Source: Candidatus Kaiserbacteria bacterium (GTDB lineage: Bacteria > Patescibacteriota > Minisyncoccia > Phycocordibacterales > UBA918). Taken from it: a stretch of 64,000 bases of DNA. Position numbers and translations under genes: made by a program. This document shows, one piece after another, positions 1-9,324 of the stretch (positions within the stretch are counted from its first letter, which is position 1; the number at the start of each line of letters is the position of its first letter). The notes under the pieces were generated by a model, which saw only the letters and a program-made list of their open reading frames with translations, ran no database searches and was not told the origin of the DNA. Location of the stretch: assembly GCA_016699245.1 (NCBI GenBank), contig CP064968.1, positions 448,317-512,316 of the forward strand. Reading direction: 5' to 3'.

Positions 1-3000
1 AGCTACTTGCTGCTGCAAGTGAGAATGTTGAAGTTGTTGTGCTCCATGATCCTTCCGCGCTCGCGGCATCCCAGAATTTAATACGCCAATAGTATGTCGT
101 ACTTGAGGCGAGAACAGTGCCACTATATGAAATATCGGCAATTCTAGTTCCATTTGAAGTCGTACTTGCAAGAGTTGTTGAGCTTGAATCCCACTTCGTA
201 CTTGTGAAGCTCGATGATGTTGATACTTGTATTTGATACTTTATGGCAATGTTTCCAGTGTCAGGATCAATAAATATTGCAGAGAATTCCGGAGTTGAGT
301 CAGTTGTACTTGTAGGATTTATTTGCCCTTCAGCAAGAAGTGATGACGGTGCTGAAGGAGCCGTGTTTGTTGCAGACGCTGCAAGTGAGAATGTCGATGT
401 GGCAGTACTGACTGTGCCTGTCGCACTAGCTGCATCCCAGAACTTTATTCGCCAATAATATGTGGTACTTGAAGCGAGGGCAGAACCTCCATAGGAAATA
501 TCTGCGATACGAGCTCCTTGTGAAGTAGAACTTGCAAGTGAGGTTTTACCTGAATTCCATTTAATAACAGCAAAGCTTGATGACGTAGAGACTTCAATCT
601 GATATAAGGTTGCGATATCAGATATATTCGGATCATTGTATATTGCAGAAAATTCAGGTGTTGAATCCGTCACATTTATTGGGTTTGTTTGTCCTTCTGC
701 AAGAAGAGAGCTGGGGGCCGAGGGTGCAGTATTTGTTGCAGACGCGGCAAGTGAAAATGTTGATGTGGCCGTACTCATTGTTCCTGTTGCATTGGCAGTA
801 TCCCAAAATCTTATGCGCCAATAGTAGGTAGTACTCGATGCTAAAGCAGAGCCACTATAGGAGATAGGTGCTATACGAGATCCCTGTGGTGTTGAACTTG
901 AAAGAGTCGTTTTAAGTGAGTCCCACTTAATACTTGAGAAGATTGATGATGTTGAGACTTGGATCTGATACGCAGTAGCCACATCATTGGTATCAGGGTC
1001 ATTATATATTGCAGAAAGTTCTGGAGTTGAATCCGTTACATTTGTTGGATTGGTTGCCCCCTCAGTTTCAAGTGAAGTTGGAGCGGTCGCCGTTGCGTTG
1101 CTAGAACTACCGGTAGCGTAGGTTATGTACACTGAATACTTACGAGTATCATGAGTGGCAGAACCAAGATTGGCAGGTGTCGTGTAACTATTAGTACTAT
1201 CAATATGTCCCTGATTTGCTGCCCCGGTATCATAGTAGAGTCGTGTGCGAACACCTTCTGAAACAGCACCAAGCACATACTCGGTATTTGCAGTGAGTGA
1301 GGGACTCGTAGGAAATACGGGAGTCTTCCACGCTGGAGACCCATTCACACAGGAAGAAGATGTCGCCACACCATTAGTAGCAAGATTTAGTGTGGAATGC
1401 ACGACAATCAATGCTTTGGAATTTTCGCTGCCACTTGTAGCCTTATCACAGTAGTACGACATGCTTGTGAATGAGCCATAATCAGATGGAGTAGTAAACA
1501 ATGACCCACTAAAGCGATCTGTACCTACTGCAACAGATGTACCACCAACGGAGGTATAACCAAATGTAGGGTCCACGGTAACCGGATATGTTGCATTCTT
1601 TAGGAATTCTTCTGGAACCGTAACTTTGAGCTCATTATTTATTATCTCAAGAGTCCCCCACACTTCATTGTTTGCACTATCAACAACGTGAGGTCTATAA
1701 ATATGTGCAATCTTTCCTGTCTTATATTCATTATCCTTTTTAGATTTGTGGTACACAGCATAAGAGCCTGAAACATTTTCTGGTTGTTCTGATCCAGCTT
1801 CTATCTCTTCCTGTGTTAATGCTGGTTGATATAGGAAATCGAGATCGTCAATATTTTCAATGGTAAACGTAAATACATTACTTAATGGTGCCTCATCAAG
1901 AACAACTTCCATTTCAAATCCACCTTGCTCCATTCCTTTCTTAGCTTCAAGTGGATACACCTGTACCGCCTCCTTCGGTGTCACAGCGTACTTAAGTTTT
2001 TTGCCTTCAATTAATTGCGGCGTTGAATTATCACCATAAAGAACTGAGAAACTACTCTCGCCTCCAAAATACTCAAATGTTACAGAAGGTTTCATTTTTG
2101 AAATTTCAATTTGGTTACCCCCATCCATCTCCAGAGAGAATTTATTTCCTCGATCGACATACTGGCTATTTGAAAAATCACTGGTGGGAACCGGTTCCTC
2201 TGTTTGCTCAATAACTGGTTGTGAACCTGTTTCATTTTCATTATTTTCATATAGGAATTCATCAGACGAAGACACAATATCATCATTGCTACTAACTGTG
2301 TTTGAAGAATCTGTACTACTTGAAACTATCTCTGTGGCATCCGCAGAAAGATGCTCTCCGTCATTTGGTGCAAATTCTAGAGTAAAGGGCTTACTCATTC
2401 CTACTAATTTTTTTACAAAACCTGTCTGCTCTAGCATAGCTAATACACCACCGCCACCCGTACCCCATATAGGTTCAGTCGAAGATTCTAGTGGTTCATT
2501 GTTTTTATTATTGTATGCAAATAAGTTTTGGTCTGATTCTTCCGGATCGGTGATTTCGTCAGATGAACTATTGATAGTGTCATATACTCTGTGCACAAAT
2601 GCATACGATGAGGATGCCGCAGATATGAACATATTCATTACTGTTGATGGTACTGAATCGAGCATTGCAAAAAAGTTGAAGAGTTCGTTCAGCGCCAGTG
2701 TAGATGTCGATAATTCATCATCATCTGAATACTCATGTGTGGTTGATGCATCAGTATTAAATTTTTCTATTAAATTACCCACTGTGTCATATTCGTATGT
2801 TTGGTCGAACACATCTCCATTTGTATTAATAAGACGCCCAGTTGCATCGTATTCATAATCAGTTTCTGTTAGGGCTGTAAAAGCCCCATCTTCACTAACA
2901 TCAGTGATAAAGCCCCGTGCATCGCGTGTATATGTCTCACGGAATATTACCGTATGTGCGGCGTTTCGATACGTTATAGAGGAAAGTCGATTTGCTGAAT

Positions 3001-6000
3001 CATATGCCCGCTTCATGGTTATACCGTTCGGCATGGTTGTTGTACTCAATAGACCTGATGATGTATAGGTATAAGTAGTGATGTCATTGTTCCAGTCTGT
3101 CTGTTGAGTTAGTTGACCAACCGCATTAAAGTCATTTTCTACTGTTTGGTTATCTGGGTAGGTAATCTCCACTAAATTATCAAGGTCGTCATATTCATAC
3201 CCTACAGTAAGTCCATAAGGATTTGTAACCTGAGTGACTCGATCCCTAATGTCATAAGTATAGGTAGTTGTTCCAGTTGAATCTGCAACAGTACTTACCC
3301 GACCAGCACTGTCATAGGTGTATTTTGTCATGATTCCACCTTTTTTTGATGTAATAAGACGATTAAGTGAGTCATAGGTAGATGTTGAAACCGTACCATT
3401 TGGCTGTGATGCCACAACCGGATTATTACCTGCGTCATATTGTGTTGAACGTACTTTTCCATTAGGAGTCTCGGCCGATATCTCACGATTAAGTGCATCA
3501 TGAGAAAACAAAGTTTCACGAGAAAGAGAATCTTTAACTTTACGTAAATTATTATAACTATCGTAGAAATAATTTGTAATTGCACTTAACGGATTGGTTG
3601 TAGTAGCTAATTTACCAACAGAAGAATAGCTATAGGTCGTATTTGCGTTACTAGGATCAGTAAAAGAAGAGAGTTGATCATTTGAATCATACGAGTATTG
3701 AGAAAGAGCAACGGTAGTACTCGCAGTAAGCCTATTTCCGTTTACGTCATATGTGTAGTTGGTTGCCGCACCTGCAGGATCGAGCACTTGCGTTACTCTT
3801 CCTGAATTATCGTATGTGTAGGTAGTATTTTGTCCAAGCTTGTTTTTCATTACAGTTGGTAAACCATACAAGTTATACGTAAATGCCACTGTACCTGAAT
3901 TACTGTCAGTAGTTGTTGCTATCTGTCCACGCGAAGTATAGGCATACGTTGTTGTTGCCTGTCCGGCAATTGATGATTGTGTAAGATTACTATTTACATC
4001 GTACGAATATTTAGTCTTTCGCGGACTACCAAATAATGAGGTGTATCTATGGTCATTAATCTCAGATACTGTGTTTGAAGCATTCCAAGTATATGCAATG
4101 AGGTCGCCATTAGGAGCTGTGTATGAGGTCAGATTTCCCCTTGAATCATAGGTAAATGTTGAAGTTGCATTCCGCGCATCTATAATTTGTTTCGGAACAT
4201 CTTCAGTCGAAGTACCGTATGCAAGAGTTGTAGTTGCACCAATTGAATTTACCTCTCGTGTAAGACGACCTAATTCATCGTAGACACTCCTTCCAGTACG
4301 TCCATTATTATCTACCCAAGACATGGTCAGATTTTCTTCATTGTATGTAATCGTTTTTGTTACATCATTAGCATCAGTTTGTGTAATGACACGTTTTAGT
4401 GAATCGTACGTGTTATCAACAAATTTTGTTTCTTCACGATCGGTGATTGATTCTAACAGATGATCGTTATCGTATGTATATGTAGTGGTAGCACCCCGAG
4501 CATCAATGACTTTCACGAGATCACCCGCACCATTGTAGCTATAATGAACAACACCTGATGGACCGGTCACTGTTGTAATTTTGCCATTACCGTCGTATCC
4601 AAAAGCAAGATTGTGACCATTGGTTGTTGTTGGAATTGAACTATTAGGATTCATATCCTGAATCGTCAAAAGCGTTGTTGTAGCAGCACCCCAGTTATAA
4701 ATCCGCATAAAACTGTTTTGGTCTCCGCTGTGAACATCGTAACTCCTCATTAATTTATACTCTGTAGTGGAAGCGTTTCCTGTATAGAAAAGATAATTGC
4801 TCTGATCCTTAGTCTGTATCCGAAATGTTCCATCCGAATCACGTTTGAGGGTCGAGTGATATTTAGAATCATCTGCGACGTAACCCGTAGGACAACTGAA
4901 TGTAAAAGTCTCTCGACCATAAGGAGAAGTAATTGCAAGACTTTTTGGAAAAGACCCAGAATATCCTCCAGAAACTGTACACGTTGTCTTAACTCCCGGT
5001 TTTAAGTTAGACAGCGAAGCAGGATATATATCCCATCCCGGACCAAAACCTACATCATTACCAACAGCAAACGAAGAATAAGAACGAGTAACTTCAAGGG
5101 GTAATGGGGACGCGGTCGGAGCAGACATATCTTCCGCGCTAATAGTGTATGCCCCTGCTGTTCTGAAAATTTCTGCAGATACTGAGACAGCCTCGTATAA
5201 CTCTCCATCAGAATTGAAAGTCCAGTGAATACCGTCACTTGACGAAGTGGCCGCAGCTTCAGAGTCAGTTTGAAGTTGAGTAGATGTACCATGGGTATCA
5301 TTCTCATAAGTGTTAGGGGTGTTGTAATCAATGCCCCCAAAAGCTTCATAAATGTATCCATTCGCTTCAACTTCAGGCGTGACTATCATTAAGGTTGTAG
5401 TGGGTGTACTTGTAGCTATGAGTTCGTAGTTTTTCGCCCATTCAAAATCAACACCAATCCCATTATCTTTAATCCACTTAACTACACCAACTATTTTAGC
5501 TAACTGCTTAGTCTTTGCATAAAAAGGTACTTCCTCAGCAAATTCATCAAAATGTTCAGTGTGATGAGTGACAAATTCTTCAGAGGCTTCTACCCAAGCC
5601 TGATCAGGATCTCCAATTATGGATTCAGTCTGGACCTGCATTACAACCTCATCAAAAATAAATGTATCACTGGAGGTTGCTTCTTTCAAAACTATTTCCT
5701 GTGGTGATATCCAGTATCTTGAATATGCATCTTTGTCGGGGTAAAGGGGATCGAGCTCAATATATCTTTCAAATACAGATTTATATCCTGTGACTGAAGT
5801 TGAAATGGGATTCTCATTTTCATCGTAGCCTAACGTAAATCTTTTCAACATCATATCTGCATCAAACAAGACTTTTCCAAAATTTGTATTTTCGATTTCA
5901 CCTGTATACACAACATCTTGCACAGGATCTATATCTGGATCAGGATCTATCCCCCGCATCTCTATACTCACTGCGGGAAGTGCGTTGTTGAAGATAACCG

Positions 6001-6346
6001 CCCTAATCGCCACAGCCAGGTCATCCTTGTTAAATTCAGGTAAGGTTGAAGTGGTTGTACCAATAAAAACTATTCTGTTGCTCTCTTCATCATAGTAGGC
6101 ACCAGTAATATCATCCATATCCGCCAAAAATTCTGCTGCCCTATCTAAAGCCACCCCTCCATAGTCTGGCGTAACATTAGGCTTAGGGCTACCAGAGGAA
6201 GGTGCCTTGCATGAACCGCCTGTTGCCGCATCTACTGTCCTTGGAGTAACTAAAATGGCAAGAGGTGAAAAAAGTTGGATCAGATAAACACAAATTACAA
6301 ACAAGGTCGTCAACTTTTTTGTTTTTAATTTCGTAGTTACGATCAT
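1..6346 (-). CDS. Giant secreted RHS/YD-repeat protein with C-terminal tandem FN3-like repeats; 5' (N-terminal) part only, ORF continues past window start
   Basis: Minus-strand ATG at 6346-6344 preceded by in-frame TGA; N-terminal signal-like MIVTTKLKTKKLTTLFVICVYL; repeated YTYD/GR-x-YxYD motifs (e.g. MTKYTYDSAGRV near 3330); ~365-nt tandem repeats at 1-1100 encoding YYWRI-containing FN3-like units. The ORF track presumably omits it for lack of a stop in the window; absence of in-frame stops was spot-checked only near 3250-3360 and at the start, and the full frame was translated by eye rather than verified codon by codon. Confidence 0.65.
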   Translation of the reverse strand, partial: MIVTTKLKTKKLTTLFVICVYLIQLFSPLAILVTPRTVDAATGGSCKAPSSGSPKPNVTPDYGGVALDRAAEFLADMDDITGAYYDEESNRIVFIGTTTSTLPEFNKDDLAVAIRAVIFNNALPAVSIEMRGIDPDPDIDPVQDVVYTGEIENTNFGKVLFDADMMLKRFTLGYDENENPISTSVTGYKSVFERYIELDPLYPDKDAYSRYWISPQEIVLKEATSSDTFIFDEVVMQVQTESIIGDPDQAWVEASEEFVTHHTEHFDEFAEEVPFYAKTKQLAKIVGVVKWIKDNGIGVDFEWAKNYELIATSTPTTTLMIVTPEVEANGYIYEAFGGIDYNTPNTYENDTHGTSTQLQTDSEAAATSSSDGIHWTFNSDGELYEAVSVSAEIFRTAGAYTISAEDMSAPTASPLPLEVTRSYSSFAVGNDVGFGPGWDIYPASLSNLKPGVKTTCTVSGGYSGSFPKSLAITSPYGRETFTFSCPTGYVADDSKYHSTLKRDSDGTFRIQTKDQSNYLFYTGNASTTEYKLMRSYDVHSGDQNSFMRIYNWGAATTTLLTIQDMNPNSSIPTTTNGHNLAFGYDGNGKITTVTGPSGVVHYSYNGAGDLVKVIDARGATTTYTYDNDHLLESITDREETKFVDNTYDSLKRVITQTDANDVTKTITYNEENLTMSWVDNNGRTGRSVYDELGRLTREVNSIGATTTLAYGTSTEDVPKQIIDARNATSTFTYDSRGNLTSYTAPNGDLIAYTWNASNTVSEINDHRYTSLFGSPRKTKYSYDVNSNLTQSSIAGQATTTYAYTSRGQIATTTDSNSGTVAFTYNLYGLPTVMKNKLGQNTTYTYDNSGRVTQVLDPAGAATNYTYDVNGNRLTASTTVALSQYSYDSNDQLSSFTDPSNANTTYSYSSVGKLATTTNPLSAITNYFYDSYNNLRKVKDSLSRETLFSHDALNREISAETPNGKVRSTQYDAGNNPVVASQPNGTVSTSTYDSLNRLITSKKGGIMTKYTYDSAGRVSTVADSTGTTTYTYDIRDRVTQVTNPYGLTVGYEYDDLDNLVEITYPDNQTVENDFNAVGQLTQQTDWNNDITTYTYTSSGLLSTTTMPNGITMKRAYDSANRLSSITYRNAAHTVIFRETYTRDARGFITDVSEDGAFTALTETDYEYDATGRLINTNGDVFDQTYEYDTVGNLIEKFNTDASTTHEYSDDDELSTSTLALNELFNFFAMLDSVPSTVMNMFISAASSSYAFVHRVYDTINSSSDEITDPEESDQNLFAYNNKNNEPLESSTEPIWGTGGGGVLAMLEQTGFVKKLVGMSKPFTLEFAPNDGEHLSADATEIVSSSTDSSNTVSSNDDIVSSSDEFLYENNENETGSQPVIEQTEEPVPTSDFSNSQYVDRGNKFSLEMDGGNQIEISKMKPSVTFEYFGGESSFSVLYGDNSTPQLIEGKKLKYAVTPKEAVQVYPLEAKKGMEQGGFEMEVVLDEAPLSNVFTFTIENIDDLDFLYQPALTQEEIEAGSEQPENVSGSYAVYHKSKKDNEYKTGKIAHIYRPHVVDSANNEVWGTLEIINNELKVTVPEEFLKNATYPVTVDPTFGYTSVGGTSVAVGTDRFSGSLFTTPSDYGSFTSMSYYCDKATSGSENSKALIVVHSTLNLATNGVATSSSCVNGSPAWKTPVFPTSPSLTANTEYVLGAVSEGVRTRLYYDTGAANQGHIDSTNSYTTPANLGSATHDTRKYSVYITYATGSSSNATATAPTSLETEGATNPTNVTDSTPELSAIYNDPDTNDVATAYQIQVSTSSIFSSIKWDSLKTTLSSSTPQGSRIAPISYSGSALASSTTYYWRIRFWDTANATGTMSTATSTFSLAASATNTAPSAPSSLLAEGQTNPINVTDSTPEFSAIYNDPNISDIATLYQIEVSTSSSFAVIKWNSGKTSLASSTSQGARIADISYGGSALASSTTYYWRIKFWDAASATGTVSTATSTFSLAASATNTAPSAPSSLLAEGQINPTSTTDSTPEFSAIFIDPDTGNIAIKYQIQVSTSSSFTSTKWDSSSTTLASTTSNGTRIADISYSGTVLASSTTYYWRIKFWDAASAEGSWSTTTSTFSLAAASS

Positions 6347-6351
6347 ATGAA

Positions 6352-6879
6352 CTATTGAATGTCAGAAATGTTTTGTTTGAGTCTTCTGGTATTTATCTCT
6401 TTGAAATTAGAACTAGAAGTGGGATAAATCGTTTTATTCTTAATAGAACCAGTATTCATAACTGACCCTTCCCTGTTTTTTACAACAGGAGAAACCTTTA
6501 TTTCTAATGGCTTTTCCGATATTAGTGGTAGTGCAGTTACAGTAACGACCGTTGAATCCCCCGCTGAAAGCGGAACATATGCAATGACTAATTCATCATT
6601 CTCCCATTTGTATCCAGTAGCTCCTTCAATTCTTATGTAGTTTAAAGTTCCTTTTTGAATACCGGTATTTATAGTAAAACGATCAAATCTTTGTGAATTA
6701 TTAGAAACATAAAAATATATTTTTATGTCAGAAATTTGATTGGGTACAGATTCTTCTGTATCTCCATTTCTAGAAAAGCCCATATCAATATAACTAAGAA
6801 CCTCAGACTTGCTTTCACTAGATTCATCAAGAAAAATCTTTTCTACTTCTTGTTTGTTTAAAAAAAGAGGCTCTTTCAA
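6352..6879 (-). CDS. hypothetical protein (175 aa) immediately upstream of the RHS gene
   Basis: ORF track; 6-nt gap to RHS start suggests an operon. Confidence 0.45.
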   Translation of the reverse strand: MKEPLFLNKQEVEKIFLDESSESKSEVLSYIDMGFSRNGDTEESVPNQISDIKIYFYVSNNSQRFDRFTINTGIQKGTLNYIRIEGATGYKWENDELVIAYVPLSAGDSTVVTVTALPLISEKPLEIKVSPVVKNREGSVMNTGSIKNKTIYPTSSSNFKEINTRRLKQNISDIQ

Positions 6880-7046
6880 ACTTGAAAGAGCCTCTTTTTA
6901 ATGTTCTGATCATTTGAAACAAATAATCCCAATTGCGCAAATGCAGGAATGGATTCAATATTAAATATCAATATAGAAAATACAAAAACAAATATACCTG
7001 TTAGAGTGAATAGTAATTTTTTACTTCTGAAATTAGACAGGATCAT
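6866..7046 (-). CDS. small hydrophobic protein (57 aa, single TM) below ORF-track cutoff
   Basis: Hand translation MILSNFRSKKLLFTLTGIFVFVFSILIFNIES...; overlaps next gene by 14 nt. Confidence 0.25.
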
Positions 7047-7300
7047 AACCTCCAAAGAAAATCGACTGCTCTAAATGTACGCAACTTCCTTAAAAAATTA
7101 AGGACATGAAATTAAGTTACTATCATAAGTGTAGCAATTTTAAAAAATTTCACTATGACCACAGGTGAATAACTCCTAAAAAATGCATTACTGCGCTATA
7201 AGCAACCTCAAGATTTTGTAAGTTAAATTAGGCATTGTTGTCGAACCGCCATCAGCCCAGCGCATTCACTAAAAATACTTACCAATTGCTATGATTATCA

Positions 7301-9258
7301 TTGGGCTGGAGTAGGTTTGGCATCTATGCTTTTATTTCATACTGTATACTGGAACAAATGAAACTTCCTTTTTTAAAAAAGTATTGGAGTGCATTCCTCA
7401 TTACTTTCCTGCTCATAAGCGTTGCAACCGGTTTCTATATATGGAATCTCGCACATGAGTTGCAAACCCGAGACGTACCCGAAAACCCGCTCTTTCAAAA
7501 TAGTGACGCTCCTCTTCCCCTCCGAGTCGCCGACCTACTCTCGTATATGACACTTGAAGAAAAAGTCGGACAAATGGCACTCGTGGAAAAAACAGTTTAA
7601 ACAGACTCACAGACGTTCGCACTTTCAGTTTAGGGGGGATGCTCAGCGGATTTGGAGGAAAGCCTGAAGACAATACTTACTCGGGATGGAAGAATATGGT
7701 GGATACATTTGTAGATGTATCACGCATGTCTCGCCTTGGTATTCCTATACTCTATGGTGTTGATGCCATTCATGGTCACAGCAATGTCCCGGGGGCTACT
7801 GTGTTTCCCCATATGATTGGCCTCGGGGCAAGTGGCGACGCTACATTAGTTGAAAGTGTTGCACGAGCAACCAGAGATGAACTCCTCGCTACGAGTATAC
7901 GTTGGAGTTATTCCCCCACCTACGACATGCCTGAAGATATTCGCTGGGGTCGCGTCTATGAGACATTTTCTGATGATCCAGTATTGGTGAGCAAACTGGG
8001 AAGTGCGTATATTCGCGGTCTCCAAGAAAACCCGTCCACTCCTTCCTCCACTATCGCAGTATTAGCGACGCCAAAACACTACATTGGTGCCGGAGGGATG
8101 CTTTGGAATACTGCAAGTAATGAAAATTTTAAAATTGACCAAGGAACAACGCCTATAGATGAAAAGAAACTTCGTGCACACTACCTACCCCCATTTAAAA
8201 AAGCAGTTGATACGGGAGCAATGAGTGTTATGGCTGGGCTTAATAGTTGGGGCGACACAAAACTCGCTGCTTCTTCATATCTCATACAAACTGTACTCAA
8301 GGATGAACTTGGATTTAAAGGTTTTGTGGTTTCTGATTGGTATGGTGTGTATGAAATCCCTGGCGGCAACTATAGGGCTGCAGTCACTGCTATCAATGCG
8401 GGTGTGGATATGGTTATGCTGCCGTTTGATTATGAAGAGTTTATCAAGAACGTCACACGTGCGGTAAGAAAAGGTGACGCATCCGAAGCCAGAATCAATG
8501 ATGCCGTAGCACGAATTCTTACCGCAAAGTTTCAGATGGGGCTTTTTGATGAGGTGCCAGAGGAAGATACTGTCACATTAGGGTCATCCGCTCATCGTGC
8601 ACTCGCGCGTGAGGCGGTAGCGAAATCACTTGTACTTCTTAAAAATGAAAATGAGCTACTCCCTATCAAAAAAAGTGCTGGTACCATTCGAGTTGCAGGA
8701 AGTGCTGCAGATAATATCGGAAGACAAGCAGGTGCTTGGACTGTCGAATGGCAAGGTATCGATGGGAATTGGCTCCCGGGTGCCACCTCCATCCTTCAGG
8801 GTATACGGGAGAATGCTCCCTTTGGAACCGCTATTGAGTTTGATACAAATGCAAACTTCTCTCCTAATTCACCAAAAGCTGACATTGGTATTGCTGTTGT
8901 GGGTGAGGCTCCGTATGCAGAAGGTTGGGGAGACAACCCTAATCCGTCACTGAGTGCGGAAGATATTGCCACCATTACGCGTCTAAAGGGAGTGAGTAAC
9001 GCAGTTATTGTTGTTTTAGTAACAGGACGGCCAATCATTATTACTGAAGAAATACCCGGATGGGATGCAGTCGTCGCTGCGTGGCTTCCCGGTAGTGAGG
9101 GCGCGGGTGTGAGTGATGTACTCTTTGGCAAAAAGCCATTCACAGGCACACTCCCTCTCTCTTGGCCAAGAAATACACAACAACTTCCTATTGTGGAAGG
9201 AAAAACAAAAGACGGAAATTCCCTCTTATTCCCACGCTCCTTTGGTTTAAGGTATTAG
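7301..9258 (+). CDS. glycoside hydrolase family 3 (beta-glucosidase/ExoP-like), interrupted by a 1-nt frameshift in the A6 run at 7587-7592
   Basis: MTLEEKVGQM N-terminal GH3 motif in frame 2; KGFKGFVVSDWYGV and IRWGRVYETFSDDP in frame 1; adding one A restores GQMALVEKKNSLNRLTDVRTFSLGGMLSG, which aligns to barley ExoI. Confidence 0.8.
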
Positions 9259-9324
9259 AAAACTACACTGAGAAAATGGTGCCCCGTGTGCGGGCGCTAT
9301 TGAATTTTATTTTCGGCAGTTTTT

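Noticed and set aside
2184-2858. 224-aa plus-strand ORF (Ser/Asp-rich)
   Set aside because: It lies antisense to the low-complexity acidic region of the RHS protein and shows no independent coding signal.
7586-7600. Programmed -1 ribosomal frameshift in the GH3 gene
   Set aside because: There is no X-XXY-YYZ slippery heptamer in the zero frame and no downstream pseudoknot or hairpin. A plain homopolymer indel fits better, and pyk has the same lesion.
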